From: Chloroflexota bacterium
Lineage (GTDB): Bacteria; Chloroflexota; Dehalococcoidia; Lucifugimonadales; Lucifugimonadaceae
DNA: 64,000 nucleotides
Direction of reading: 5' to 3'
NCBI GenBank assembly: GCA_018673955.1
Contig: JABHBJ010000093.1
Location: 10,931 to 74,930 of the forward strand
In this document: positions 10,088 through 18,763 of the stretch, in pieces
Numbering within the stretch: the first letter of the stretch is position 1
Layout: the number at the start of each line of letters is the position of its first letter
Translations under genes and position numbers: made by a program
The notes under the pieces: model-generated
Seen by the model: only the letters and a program-made list of their open reading frames with translations
The model's database searches: none
Told to the model about the DNA's origin: nothing

Positions 10088-11113
10088 ATGCCTTACATAG
10101 CCGAATATATTTGGATTGATGGCACCGAGCCGACCGCTAAGTTGCGATCAAAGGCACAGGTGCTTGCAGACGACAAAGAGCCCGGAATTTGGGGATTCGA
10201 TGGATCATCGACTAACCAGGCAGCAGGCGATCAGTCTGACGTTGTTTTGAACCCAGTTCTCGTCGTCAACGACCCGATTCGCAAGGGCAAAAACAAGCTA
10301 GTCATGTGCGAAACACTTCTCACCGACATGACTCCGCACCCAACCAACACTCGTGCAAAAGCCGCTGCTTCAGCTGAACAGTTCAGCGAAATGGATATGT
10401 GGTTTGGTCTAGAGCAGGAATACACCTTCTTCGAAGGTAATTCACCTCTCGGTTGGCCAGACAACGGCTTCCCTGCTCCTCAGGGCGGTTACTACTGTGG
10501 TGTTGGTTCCGACGAAATCTTCGGTCGTGAAGTTGTAAACGCTCACCTAGATGCATGTATCGAAGCTGGTCTACACATTTCAGGTATCAACGCTGAAGTT
10601 ATGCCCGGACAGTGGGAATTCCAGATCGGCCCAGTAGCCGCACCACTAATCGGTGACGAAATGTGGCTCGCTCGATGGCTGCTCTACCGAATCGCAGAAG
10701 ATTACCTCGGTCCTAAGGGCATGCCTATTTCCGCAACGCTTGATCCTAAGCCCGTTGCAGGTGACTGGAACGGCGCAGGTTGCCACACCAACTTCTCGAC
10801 TATTGCCATGCGTGAGTCGTTCGACGCTTGTGTTGCTGCTGCTGAGGCACTCGGTGCACCCGGCAAGCCAGAACTTCACATCGCCAACTACGGTCCAGGT
10901 GTTGAACTTCGACTCACCGGTGCCCACGAGACACAACGTTTCGATGAATTCTCATTCGGTGTATCCGACCGTGGCGCTTCGATTAGAATTCCTTGGCAGG
11001 TTGAAAAGGCAGGAAAGGGTTACATCGAAGACCGACGACCAAATGCCAACGTAGATCCATACGTTGTGTCGCAGCTGATCATCGACACAGTTTGCACAGC
11101 TGCTTCTAAGTAG
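10088..11113 (+). CDS. glnII: Glutamine synthetase type II
   Basis: 341 aa with AEYIWIDG, WGFDGSST, EQEYT, PQGGYYCGVG, NAEVMPGQWEFQIGP, DWNGAGCHTNFST, RLTGAHET and YIEDRRP. Confidence 0.93.
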   Translation: MPYIAEYIWIDGTEPTAKLRSKAQVLADDKEPGIWGFDGSSTNQAAGDQSDVVLNPVLVVNDPIRKGKNKLVMCETLLTDMTPHPTNTRAKAAASAEQFSEMDMWFGLEQEYTFFEGNSPLGWPDNGFPAPQGGYYCGVGSDEIFGREVVNAHLDACIEAGLHISGINAEVMPGQWEFQIGPVAAPLIGDEMWLARWLLYRIAEDYLGPKGMPISATLDPKPVAGDWNGAGCHTNFSTIAMRESFDACVAAAEALGAPGKPELHIANYGPGVELRLTGAHETQRFDEFSFGVSDRGASIRIPWQVEKAGKGYIEDRRPNANVDPYVVSQLIIDTVCTAASK

Positions 11114-11137
11114 TTCCTGCTAACTTAATTGATACTA

Positions 11138-11176
11138 AAAAAGGGGATGGCTTTGGCCATCCCCTTTTTATTTTTT
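11138..11176. terminator. Bidirectional intrinsic terminator after glnII
   Basis: A-run, GGGGATGGC-tttg-GCCATCCCC, T-run, between convergent genes. Confidence 0.9.
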
Positions 11177-11229
11177 GCAACCCGTTAAAAATCCGAATAC
11201 GTGTCGTAGCGATCGGAGGCTGCGTCTTC

Positions 11230-11303
11230 TGTCATTACGAGAAGTGAACCATGAAAGACGTGGCGATCAGCAGGCGTAATCAACGCAACCGTTCAAATGT
11301 CGG
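11230..11303 (+). repeat. Degenerate half-copy of the TGTCATTGCGAG palindromic element
   Basis: tgtcattacgagaag...gacgtggcgatc...caacgcaaccgttca aligns with 13804-13870. Confidence 0.6.
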
Positions 11304-11337
11304 CATCAATCGGTAGGCAGGAACCATCACAACGATC

Positions 11338-12351
11338 TCAGCCGATCGACGATGGCATCTTTACGCCAAGCCGATCACTGATGACTTCCATCGCCTGCCA
11401 CGCGGTATCGCCCAACGGAACATTTCCTTCCTTCCGAAGCTTTGCCATTCTTCGTTGGCTTCGTTCACCCGGGTAGTAAATCTCGTCTACTCCCTGTTTT
11501 TTCTTTCCGCTCTTCACGCGATCCAACTCCGTATCCATCGCGTCCTTGAATTCGGCGATAGGTCGGTATTCATCTGGATTTATCAGCCACAAAAAATGTC
11601 CCCAATCCGATCCGGCCAGTACATTTCCAAAAATGTCTGACATCAGGGCGAGTCCATAGCCACGTGCACCTGCCATCGGCAAAATCATGCTTGAGCCGAG
11701 CTCGTAGTCAGTGGCATCTGTCAGCGGAGAACCATCAGATTTCTCAACAAAGCCAGCGGGTATCGTTTCACCATTCGTCGCAGCTTCCCACACCTTGGCA
11801 GCGGCAATCGAACTAGTCGCCATGTCGAGAATGTACGGATCATACTTTCCAGCTGGAGCAGAGTATGCAATCGGATTTGTTCCGAACTTGCCTGTCAAAC
11901 CGCCGGTTGGCGGAATTATCGGATGCCGAAAAGCACTACAGGCAAAAGCGATAAGCCCCTCTTCAGCGGCACGCTGAACGTAAGGCGCAAGTGCAATTAC
12001 ATTGCCGGAATTCCTTACGCTCCCACCCGCCATGCCAACGGTTTTTGCCTTGGCAATACTTTTTTCCACAGCGATATTCATACCGATCACACCGCAACCG
12101 CCATCACCCTCGACAACCGTGGTAATTGCTGAATCTTTGATCACTTCAGTAGCGGGATCAGGATTAATTGTTCCGTCCTGATGCCAATCGATTACAAGTT
12201 TGAAAAAATACAAACCGTGATCTGGGCTACCACGAAGCTCACTATCGATAATAACCTCAGCGATTTGAGAAGCGGTTTCGGCGGATGAGCCAACTTTTAC
12301 AAGCGCTTCCTCCATAAATTTCATAGTGTCGACGATGGTGATAATCGGCAA
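11338..12351 (-). CDS. Ldh_2 family (malate/L-sulfolactate/ureidoglycolate dehydrogenase-like) oxidoreductase
   Basis: DSELRGSPDHG, GTNPIAYSAP, LDMATS, GARGYGLALM and YYPGE. Confidence 0.88.
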   Translation of the reverse strand: MPIITIVDTMKFMEEALVKVGSSAETASQIAEVIIDSELRGSPDHGLYFFKLVIDWHQDGTINPDPATEVIKDSAITTVVEGDGGCGVIGMNIAVEKSIAKAKTVGMAGGSVRNSGNVIALAPYVQRAAEEGLIAFACSAFRHPIIPPTGGLTGKFGTNPIAYSAPAGKYDPYILDMATSSIAAAKVWEAATNGETIPAGFVEKSDGSPLTDATDYELGSSMILPMAGARGYGLALMSDIFGNVLAGSDWGHFLWLINPDEYRPIAEFKDAMDTELDRVKSGKKKQGVDEIYYPGERSQRRMAKLRKEGNVPLGDTAWQAMEVISDRLGVKMPSSIG

Positions 12352-12472
12352 TCATTTTCTCTTTTGTTAAAATTTCTTCGGAAGCAAATTAGTCTGGTAG
12401 TAAATATTTTCACAAAGTCGACAAAACATACCACCTGCGCACACGGGGATCAGCTAAGATCATACCGTTTTC

Positions 12473-13789
12473 GTGGCTACCATTCGCCACACACCCTTTT
12501 GTCCGGTAATCGGAATAATCTCCAAAATTCGCAATATTCACTACGGCTGGATAGTCGTACTTGGCACCGCGCTCATGCTGTTCGGTGGCGCCGGATCGCG
12601 ATTCTCGTTCGGCGTATTTCTCAAACCAGTCACTGAAGAATTCGACTGGAGCCGTGGCTCTCTCGCGGGGGCACTCGCTGTCGCAGGACTCGCCACCGGA
12701 ACGCTACGCCCCGTAGCTGGTCTACTAGCCGACAAATACGACCCCAAGATCATCGCCTCAATTGGCGTTCTTATCGGCGGATTAGCCCTCTTCGCAATGT
12801 CGCAAGTTGAGGAACTTTGGCAGGTCTACCTCACGTTTATCGTCATGGGAGTAGGGTTCACCATGGCATCGCCCGGAGCAGTGGCGAAAATCATCGGAGC
12901 ATGGTTCACCAAACGACGTGGACTCGCAATGTCGATCGCCGGAACCGGCTCGGCTGCCGGTGAAACAGCACTCGTACCCACCGCCGCAATAGCGGTCGCA
13001 TACATCGGCTGGCGAGAGGGTTACATGATCCTCGGTGCGATCCTGATCGTACTGATACTGCCGCTCGTATTTTTCCTAATAAAAAGTAGACCCCGTCGAG
13101 GGCAGCACGCCGATGGCTACGTTGAAGGCGAAGTCGCAACCGACGAGGCAGGTTTCAGCAAAGGATCTGCCGATCCCAACCTTGGGATGTCGCTCGGGCA
13201 GGCATGTCGAACTGGACTATTCTGGCGACTCACAATTGGCTTCTTCATATGAGGCTACACAATGGGCTTCGTGAATGCCCACTTCGTCGCTTACACGACT
13301 GACTTTGGCGCAACAGCTGTGCAAGGTGCGGGTGCGCTTGCGACCGTAGGAATTGCCGGACTCGCCGGTGGCCTGAGCTTCGGATATCTCGCCGATAGGT
13401 TCGGACGTCGACCGTTCTTGGCTCTCTCGTACGCAATGCGAGCGATCGGGTACGCAGTGCTTTTGATGGCGACAAGTCTTCCGTTGGCGATTCTTGGAGT
13501 AGTGATAATCGGCAGCTCGTGGACCTCAGTGATTTCTCTCACAGGCACAGTCACATCCGATGAATTCGGACTTCGCCGCCTCGGCACGATATACGGCACG
13601 ATGTTCATGGTCATGCCGTTCGGAGCGTCCAGCGCAGTGTGGCTAGCTGGCAAGATCTACGACACCAACGGCAATTACGATCAAGCAATGTGGATCAGCC
13701 TCAGTATGGCGCTTATCGCCGCAACCGCAATCGCCATGCCAAGCACCGGCATCTCGAAAAAGATCTGGCCGAAGACGGAAGCAAGCTAG
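12473..13789 (+). CDS. MFS transporter (OFA/MCT-like) with an in-frame TGA at 13250-13252; candidate selenoprotein, alternatively a nonsense-split gene or pseudogene
   Basis: ORFs 12473-13252 and 13262-13789 share one frame: TTC TTC ATA TGA GGC TAC ACA ATG. Joined they give about 438 aa with IHYGW, motif A (GLLADKY) and a second motif A (GYLADRFGRR). The break falls inside the first helix of the C-terminal half. Confidence 0.8.
13263..13281 (+). promoter_or_regulatory. SECIS-like hairpin downstream of the in-frame TGA
   Basis: UGGGC-UU-[CGUG]-AA-u-GCCCA. The stem starts 10 nt after UGA and the apical loop 17 nt after UGA, with G in loop position 2. Confidence 0.5.
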
Positions 13790-13803
13790 CTAATCTAGCT
13801 TTT

Positions 13804-13979
13804 TGTCATTGCGAGGAAGCCAAAGGCTGACGTGGCAATCAACCATGTCAAGCAACGCAAAGTTCAGATAGTGGGAGCAGTCGCCCACTCGGATTCGTGC
13901 AGCATCACGACTCGCCTAGACTATCTGTCGAAACGGCTCAACCGTGATTGCCACGTCGCAGGACCTCTTCGCAATGACA
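13804..13979. repeat. Intergenic palindromic (REP/MITE-like) element
   Basis: Terminal inverted repeats TGTCATTGCGA/TCGCAATGACA plus an inner pair GACGTGGCAATC (13829)/GATTGCCACGTC (13946), between convergent genes. Confidence 0.8.
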
Positions 13980-14020
13980 GTAGGCGCTCCTAGCCAACCC
14001 AGAAAACGTGCCTATGGCAC

Positions 14021-14533
14021 CTAAATCCAGCGGCCTGTGCGGTTTTCGTATTTGGTGTAGATCTCACCAAACTCACGTAGCAGATACGCCTCTTCACGAC
14101 GAATTACCAAAGCCGTTAGCAAAGCGACTCCGAAGAAAACCGAAACAAGTATCGCCATGCCGTTCAGCGCAATCGCCAGTCCCGCAGCGATCAGTAGAAA
14201 TCCTGAATAGATCGGATTTCTAGTGCGCTTGAACGGGCCCGAAGTAACTAACGTTTCCGTAGGCTCGCCCGGTTCAGGATGCTCACCGTGCCGTCGCATC
14301 GTTATCCACGACCAGTAAATCAATAGGACTCCGACCGCTATCAGTATCGAACCAATGACAAGACCGATCGTCCCGCCAATGACTTCGCCGCGCCAGATGA
14401 ACACATGAATCAGTGCACCAAGAAATACGGGCGTGAAGAAAATTACAGGAGGCAACGCCGGGAGTTTTAGCTCAGCCTTACCCCACTCTCGTTCCTGGCC
14501 GTCATCGTATTGTCTATTTCCGTTACCAGCCAA
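14021..14533 (-). CDS. Isoprenylcysteine carboxylmethyltransferase / PEMT family membrane protein
   Basis: LVTSGPFKRTRNPIY and REEAYLLREFGEIYTKY...RWI, with several TM helices. Confidence 0.88.
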   Translation of the reverse strand: MAGNGNRQYDDGQEREWGKAELKLPALPPVIFFTPVFLGALIHVFIWRGEVIGGTIGLVIGSILIAVGVLLIYWSWITMRRHGEHPEPGEPTETLVTSGPFKRTRNPIYSGFLLIAAGLAIALNGMAILVSVFFGVALLTALVIRREEAYLLREFGEIYTKYENRTGRWI

Positions 14534-14563
14534 CAGTTGCTCCTCTGCCAGAACTCAAGCACG

Positions 14564-15898
14564 CTACAACCCCTGCATAGCAGACGTAGGATCAAGTATG
14601 ACATCGGCCGCCACCAAACGGTCTTGTAGCTCCTGTATCGAAACGTTTCGATTATTCCCGCCATTCGACGACGCCATCGCCGCTGCGACGCCTGCAGCCT
14701 GTCCCATTCCCATCGAATTCGCAGTGACTCGACTCGATGCCAACGCTTCGGAAGTAGCTGAGTGGCAGCGACCCGCCACCCACAAATTATCAACGCCCTG
14801 TGGAAGCAATGTTCGATAGGAAATATCGTAAGGCGGAACGACGGGTTGCTCGTGATACCCGGCAGTATTTTCGGGGTGACGATCTATTCGCCACGCTCCC
14901 AAAACCACCACGTCGTCTTGACGTTTCGCAGTTCGAATGTCGTCGCCGGTCAGCGTGTAGTCGCCTACTATCCTGCGCGATTCCCGAGAACCCGCAGTGG
15001 GGCCGCTCGTGAAAAAGTAGGCGTCTTTGAACTCGGTCAACGCTTCTTTCCAAAGCTCGAACATGGTCCAAGCGTCTTTGCGGCCTTGAATTTCAGCGTT
15101 GGTCCAGTCGTTCGGCTTCGTCGCATCGCCGGGTGTTCGAATTACGTTGAAGTAGATATCTCGTCCTGAGAACGTTGCTGGCCACGGACCTCCATAGAGT
15201 CCGATCTTGCCTTCCGCACGTGCCTTTTCGAGAACGGCTGCGCACTTACGACGAAGTTCGAAAGTAAGTTCCACGAATCCGATTCGGAAGTGCAAGCTCA
15301 TCGGCTGCAATGACTCAGCAACTTCGTACGGTGCACCCGCCCAAGCGGCAACGTCGGCATCGCCAGTTGAATCGATAATGTTCTTTGGCCTGATCGCAAC
15401 GAGACCGTCTTTGTTGCTGACGACCACGGTGTCGATACGATCGCCGTCCATGATTACGTCGGAGACTTGAGTGTGAAACAGCGGAGTCACGCCTGACTCG
15501 ATCAGCACATCGTCGGATGCCTTTTTGAAAAGCTCTGGGTCAGTGCGAGGAATCACACGATCAGGGTGTTTTTCGACTTCAGTGAAATCGCCATTCACGT
15601 TGTAGATGAGATCCGGAGCCTGTCCCGGCTCGGCGACGCCCATTCGTTCGAGCATCTCGAAAACTAGACCGCCAACGACGGGTCGACCGGTTTCTTCATA
15701 GACGAATCCGTCGAACGCCGATCCGATGATGTTCGTAAAGAACCCACCAGCGAATCCCATGCGATCAACCGCCATAACCGATGCGCCGTTACGAGCCGCA
15801 CCAACTGCAGCCCCGATACCAGCCAGTCCAGTTCCGCAAACCAGAACATCAGGCTCAGAAACAACAGGCATCGATTTTGTGTATTGGATGTTGGACAT
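14564..15898 (-). CDS. FAD-dependent oxidoreductase (FAD_oxidored family)
   Basis: DVLVCGTGLAG, IDSTGDADVA, RESRRIVG, YDISYRTLLP, NLWVAGRCHS and GQAAGVAAA. Confidence 0.88.
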   Translation of the reverse strand: MSNIQYTKSMPVVSEPDVLVCGTGLAGIGAAVGAARNGASVMAVDRMGFAGGFFTNIIGSAFDGFVYEETGRPVVGGLVFEMLERMGVAEPGQAPDLIYNVNGDFTEVEKHPDRVIPRTDPELFKKASDDVLIESGVTPLFHTQVSDVIMDGDRIDTVVVSNKDGLVAIRPKNIIDSTGDADVAAWAGAPYEVAESLQPMSLHFRIGFVELTFELRRKCAAVLEKARAEGKIGLYGGPWPATFSGRDIYFNVIRTPGDATKPNDWTNAEIQGRKDAWTMFELWKEALTEFKDAYFFTSGPTAGSRESRRIVGDYTLTGDDIRTAKRQDDVVVLGAWRIDRHPENTAGYHEQPVVPPYDISYRTLLPQGVDNLWVAGRCHSATSEALASSRVTANSMGMGQAAGVAAAMASSNGGNNRNVSIQELQDRLVAADVILDPTSAMQGL

Positions 15899-15920
15899 GT
15901 GCGGATTCCTGTACTAGAAG

Positions 15921-16084
15921 CCCTCGCCCCGAAGGAGAGGCTTGGATGAGGGGGCACGACGGCGGTGGATGAAGGAGGAAAGTAGGACTCCCCGTCCAGA
16001 ACCACTGAACTGGCGAATCACAGCGGTACCTGAAGTACTCTCAGAATTCCATTCACGCGACTCAACTCTCTCCCTCAGGGAGAA
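15921..16084. repeat. Degenerate CCCTCTCCC...GGGAGAGGG-type intergenic palindromic repeat
   Basis: Left arm ccctcgccccgaaggagaggcttggatgagggg; right arm caactctctccctcagggaga. Confidence 0.45.
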
Positions 16085-16107
16085 TGAACCGGCAAGCCCC
16101 GCTACTC

Positions 16108-18681
16108 CTAGCACCCTGTCAAACTTTCGCTGAATCGTCCGCTCTCACGTTCACGCAGAGCAACGTTCACACGAAGCTTCTCGAGTGTCTGCTGAAGCGT
16201 TAGTTGACCCTGTGGGACCTTGTGATCATCAAAGAACGCAATCACATCGGCAGCCTGTTCAGGCTTGCTCAGCGCGGTCACACCCGACAGCATTCGAACG
16301 ATCGAGTTCGCCGGGAAGTCCTTATTGATCTGTTCCCAATTCGACTTCACAAACTCCCAAGCCCGGAAGCCCTGTTCCTTGTTTCGCATGCAAACGGCCA
16401 ACAGGTACGGCGCATCCTGAGTTCGAATTGTGCCATCTAGCGTCATCGCCATGGTTCGATCTATCTCAGCTTCGCACGGGAACGCCGAAAGTGCCGACTG
16501 GTATCGTCGTTCTTCCTGCGGCGTGCTCGGATTATGGTGCTTGTCCAAGAACACTTCGTACTGTGCCGAGTCTCCCTTAGAAGCAACAATGCCTGTCGCT
16601 GCGGCGGCAATGTTCGGCTCGACCGAACCAGCATCGACCAAGTAAGAATCGTGCAAATCGCCAGCATTCTTCAGCGCAAGGTCATCATCACCGACGTTAG
16701 CCAGTAATCGAATGAATAATCCGCGCAGTTCGAGATCACGCGACGAGTTGCTGTCGGAAGGCTCCCATCCAAGTCGATCCAAAGCTGGCTGAGCCAAATC
16801 ACGAACCGCAGCCTTGTACTGCAGCTTCGCTTCGCCTTCGACCAACTTGTCGAGACCGCTCAAGCAGCCGGAAAGAACCGTCCACACGTCGAGGTCGGTC
16901 TCAGGCTGAAAGCTTCGAGCGAAATCCAAGAAGTCGGTAGCCGAAGTCCGCCCTGCCATGACCGACGACCAAGTGTCGTCTACGAGTCCGTATCGTTCGA
17001 TCGGAGTGAGCTTTTCGAACATGCTGCCCGAAAGAGCCTTCAGCATTTCTGGCGAATAACGAGCCCGGAAGAATCCGCTTCCTCCTGCGTTCGCAGTAGC
17101 CCATTCTGCTGGCGATTCCAAAGCTATATCGGCCGTTTTCTCTTCGAGCAAATATCGGATTTCTTCGACACCTGAATCAGTTCCAACTTTCAACACAATC
17201 GGAACTGACCAGATCGTGGTGTCGGTTTCTTCTCCTTCGGTATACAAGAATCGATCCTGCGAAAGCGAAAGCGTGGAGCCATCTTCTGAAATCGAAGCAC
17301 TTACCAACGGGTAGCCCTTCTGGAAAATCCACGAATCCATGATTCGACGTGCCGGTTGGTGAGTTACGTGCTCAATCGCATCCCACAAGTCGTTAGTTTC
17401 GGTGTTTCCGTACTTGTGCTTGTTCAAGTAGTAGGAAATTCCGTCCTTGAACTCGTCTTTGCCCAAATACTGCTCGAGCATTCGCAGAACCGATCCGCCC
17501 TTTTCGTAAGTCAATAAATCGAACATGCCCTCAGCATCCTCTGGCGAGTTCACTTCGATCTCAATCGGACGTGTGTTCGCAAGCGAATCGACATCGAACG
17601 CCATCGAGCGTTCAAGGCTGAACTGGTTCCAGCGTCCCCATTCGGCGTTGAAATTGTCGGAACACATAGTTGCCATGAACGTTGCGAAAGCCTCGTTCAA
17701 CCAAATTCCGTTCCACCACTCCATCGTCACGAGGTCGCCAAACCACATATGAGCGATCTCGTGAGCAATAACGTCGGCAACTCGAAGCAGTTCAGGCTCG
17801 GTTGATCGCGACTTATCGACGAGAAGGAGCACTTCTCGGTACGTGATACAGCCGAGGTTTTCCATCGCACCAAAGGCAAAATCAGGCACAGCAACCATGT
17901 CGAGTTTCTGGCCCGGGTACGGAATTCCGTAGTAATTTGAGAAGAACTTGAGTGCGAACGCACCGGCTTCAAGCGAGTAGTCAGTGAGGTGACCTTTGCC
18001 GATCGGGTGAACGATTCGCAGCGGAACACCGTCGACGTCGATTGGTTCGGTAGCTTCGAACGGACCAACGATGAAAGCGACCAAATAAGTCGACATCACC
18101 ATCGTGTCTTCGAACAAAATCGACTTTCGTCCGTCGCCAAGATCGGTAGTAGAAATATCAGGACCGTTCGAAACAGCGAACTCATTTTCTGGCACGACAA
18201 GGGTCACACCAAAAGAAGCCTTGAATGCAGGTTCGTCGAAACATGGGAAGGCACGTCGAGCATGGGTGCTTTCGAACTGAGTCGTAGCAATCGTGTGCTT
18301 AACACCATCGTCGTCGGTAAATACTGATCGGTAGAAACCGTGAAGCAGGTCGTTCAAAATTCCAGTGAACCTGGCAACGATCGTGTACGGACCTGTCGAA
18401 AGTTCCGAGTCAAACTTCAGAGTTACACGTTCCATGTCTTCGTCGTGCTCGATGCCTGAAGCGACCGTCTCACCGCCGACACCATCGAGTACGGATGCTG
18501 AAGAAATGATGAGATCGGCAGAGTTGATCTGGATATTGTCGGTTCGCTGACCGACCTCTACCTCGATTTCGACAGTACCAGTAAAAGTGGCGTTTTCAAG
18601 ATTGGGTTCCAGGTTTATTCGGTAGTGCGAAGGAACAACAAACGAGGGTAGGCGATGCGGATTGGTCGAGGCGTCTGGCAA
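16108..18681 (-). CDS. pepN: M1 family zinc aminopeptidase
   Basis: TQFESTHARRAFPCFDEP, GAMEN, HEIAHMWFG...WLNEAFA, YEKGG and an ERAP1_C-like C-terminus. Confidence 0.92.
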   Translation of the reverse strand: MPDASTNPHRLPSFVVPSHYRINLEPNLENATFTGTVEIEVEVGQRTDNIQINSADLIISSASVLDGVGGETVASGIEHDEDMERVTLKFDSELSTGPYTIVARFTGILNDLLHGFYRSVFTDDDGVKHTIATTQFESTHARRAFPCFDEPAFKASFGVTLVVPENEFAVSNGPDISTTDLGDGRKSILFEDTMVMSTYLVAFIVGPFEATEPIDVDGVPLRIVHPIGKGHLTDYSLEAGAFALKFFSNYYGIPYPGQKLDMVAVPDFAFGAMENLGCITYREVLLLVDKSRSTEPELLRVADVIAHEIAHMWFGDLVTMEWWNGIWLNEAFATFMATMCSDNFNAEWGRWNQFSLERSMAFDVDSLANTRPIEIEVNSPEDAEGMFDLLTYEKGGSVLRMLEQYLGKDEFKDGISYYLNKHKYGNTETNDLWDAIEHVTHQPARRIMDSWIFQKGYPLVSASISEDGSTLSLSQDRFLYTEGEETDTTIWSVPIVLKVGTDSGVEEIRYLLEEKTADIALESPAEWATANAGGSGFFRARYSPEMLKALSGSMFEKLTPIERYGLVDDTWSSVMAGRTSATDFLDFARSFQPETDLDVWTVLSGCLSGLDKLVEGEAKLQYKAAVRDLAQPALDRLGWEPSDSNSSRDLELRGLFIRLLANVGDDDLALKNAGDLHDSYLVDAGSVEPNIAAAATGIVASKGDSAQYEVFLDKHHNPSTPQEERRYQSALSAFPCEAEIDRTMAMTLDGTIRTQDAPYLLAVCMRNKEQGFRAWEFVKSNWEQINKDFPANSIVRMLSGVTALSKPEQAADVIAFFDDHKVPQGQLTLQQTLEKLRVNVALRERESGRFSESLTGC

Positions 18682-18763
18682 ATTTCTCTCCGGTTCATAA
18701 AAACGTATCTTCGGAGACTACCGCGCCAACTAGCCCGGCGCTACTGTCCGCGACTGGTCAAAT

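Noticed and set aside
13262-13789. Independent half-size MFS gene starting at ATG 13262
   Set aside because: It would begin mid-helix and is in frame with the upstream half, so one interrupted gene is more parsimonious. Not fully excluded, since a GAGG lies 7 nt upstream of the ATG.
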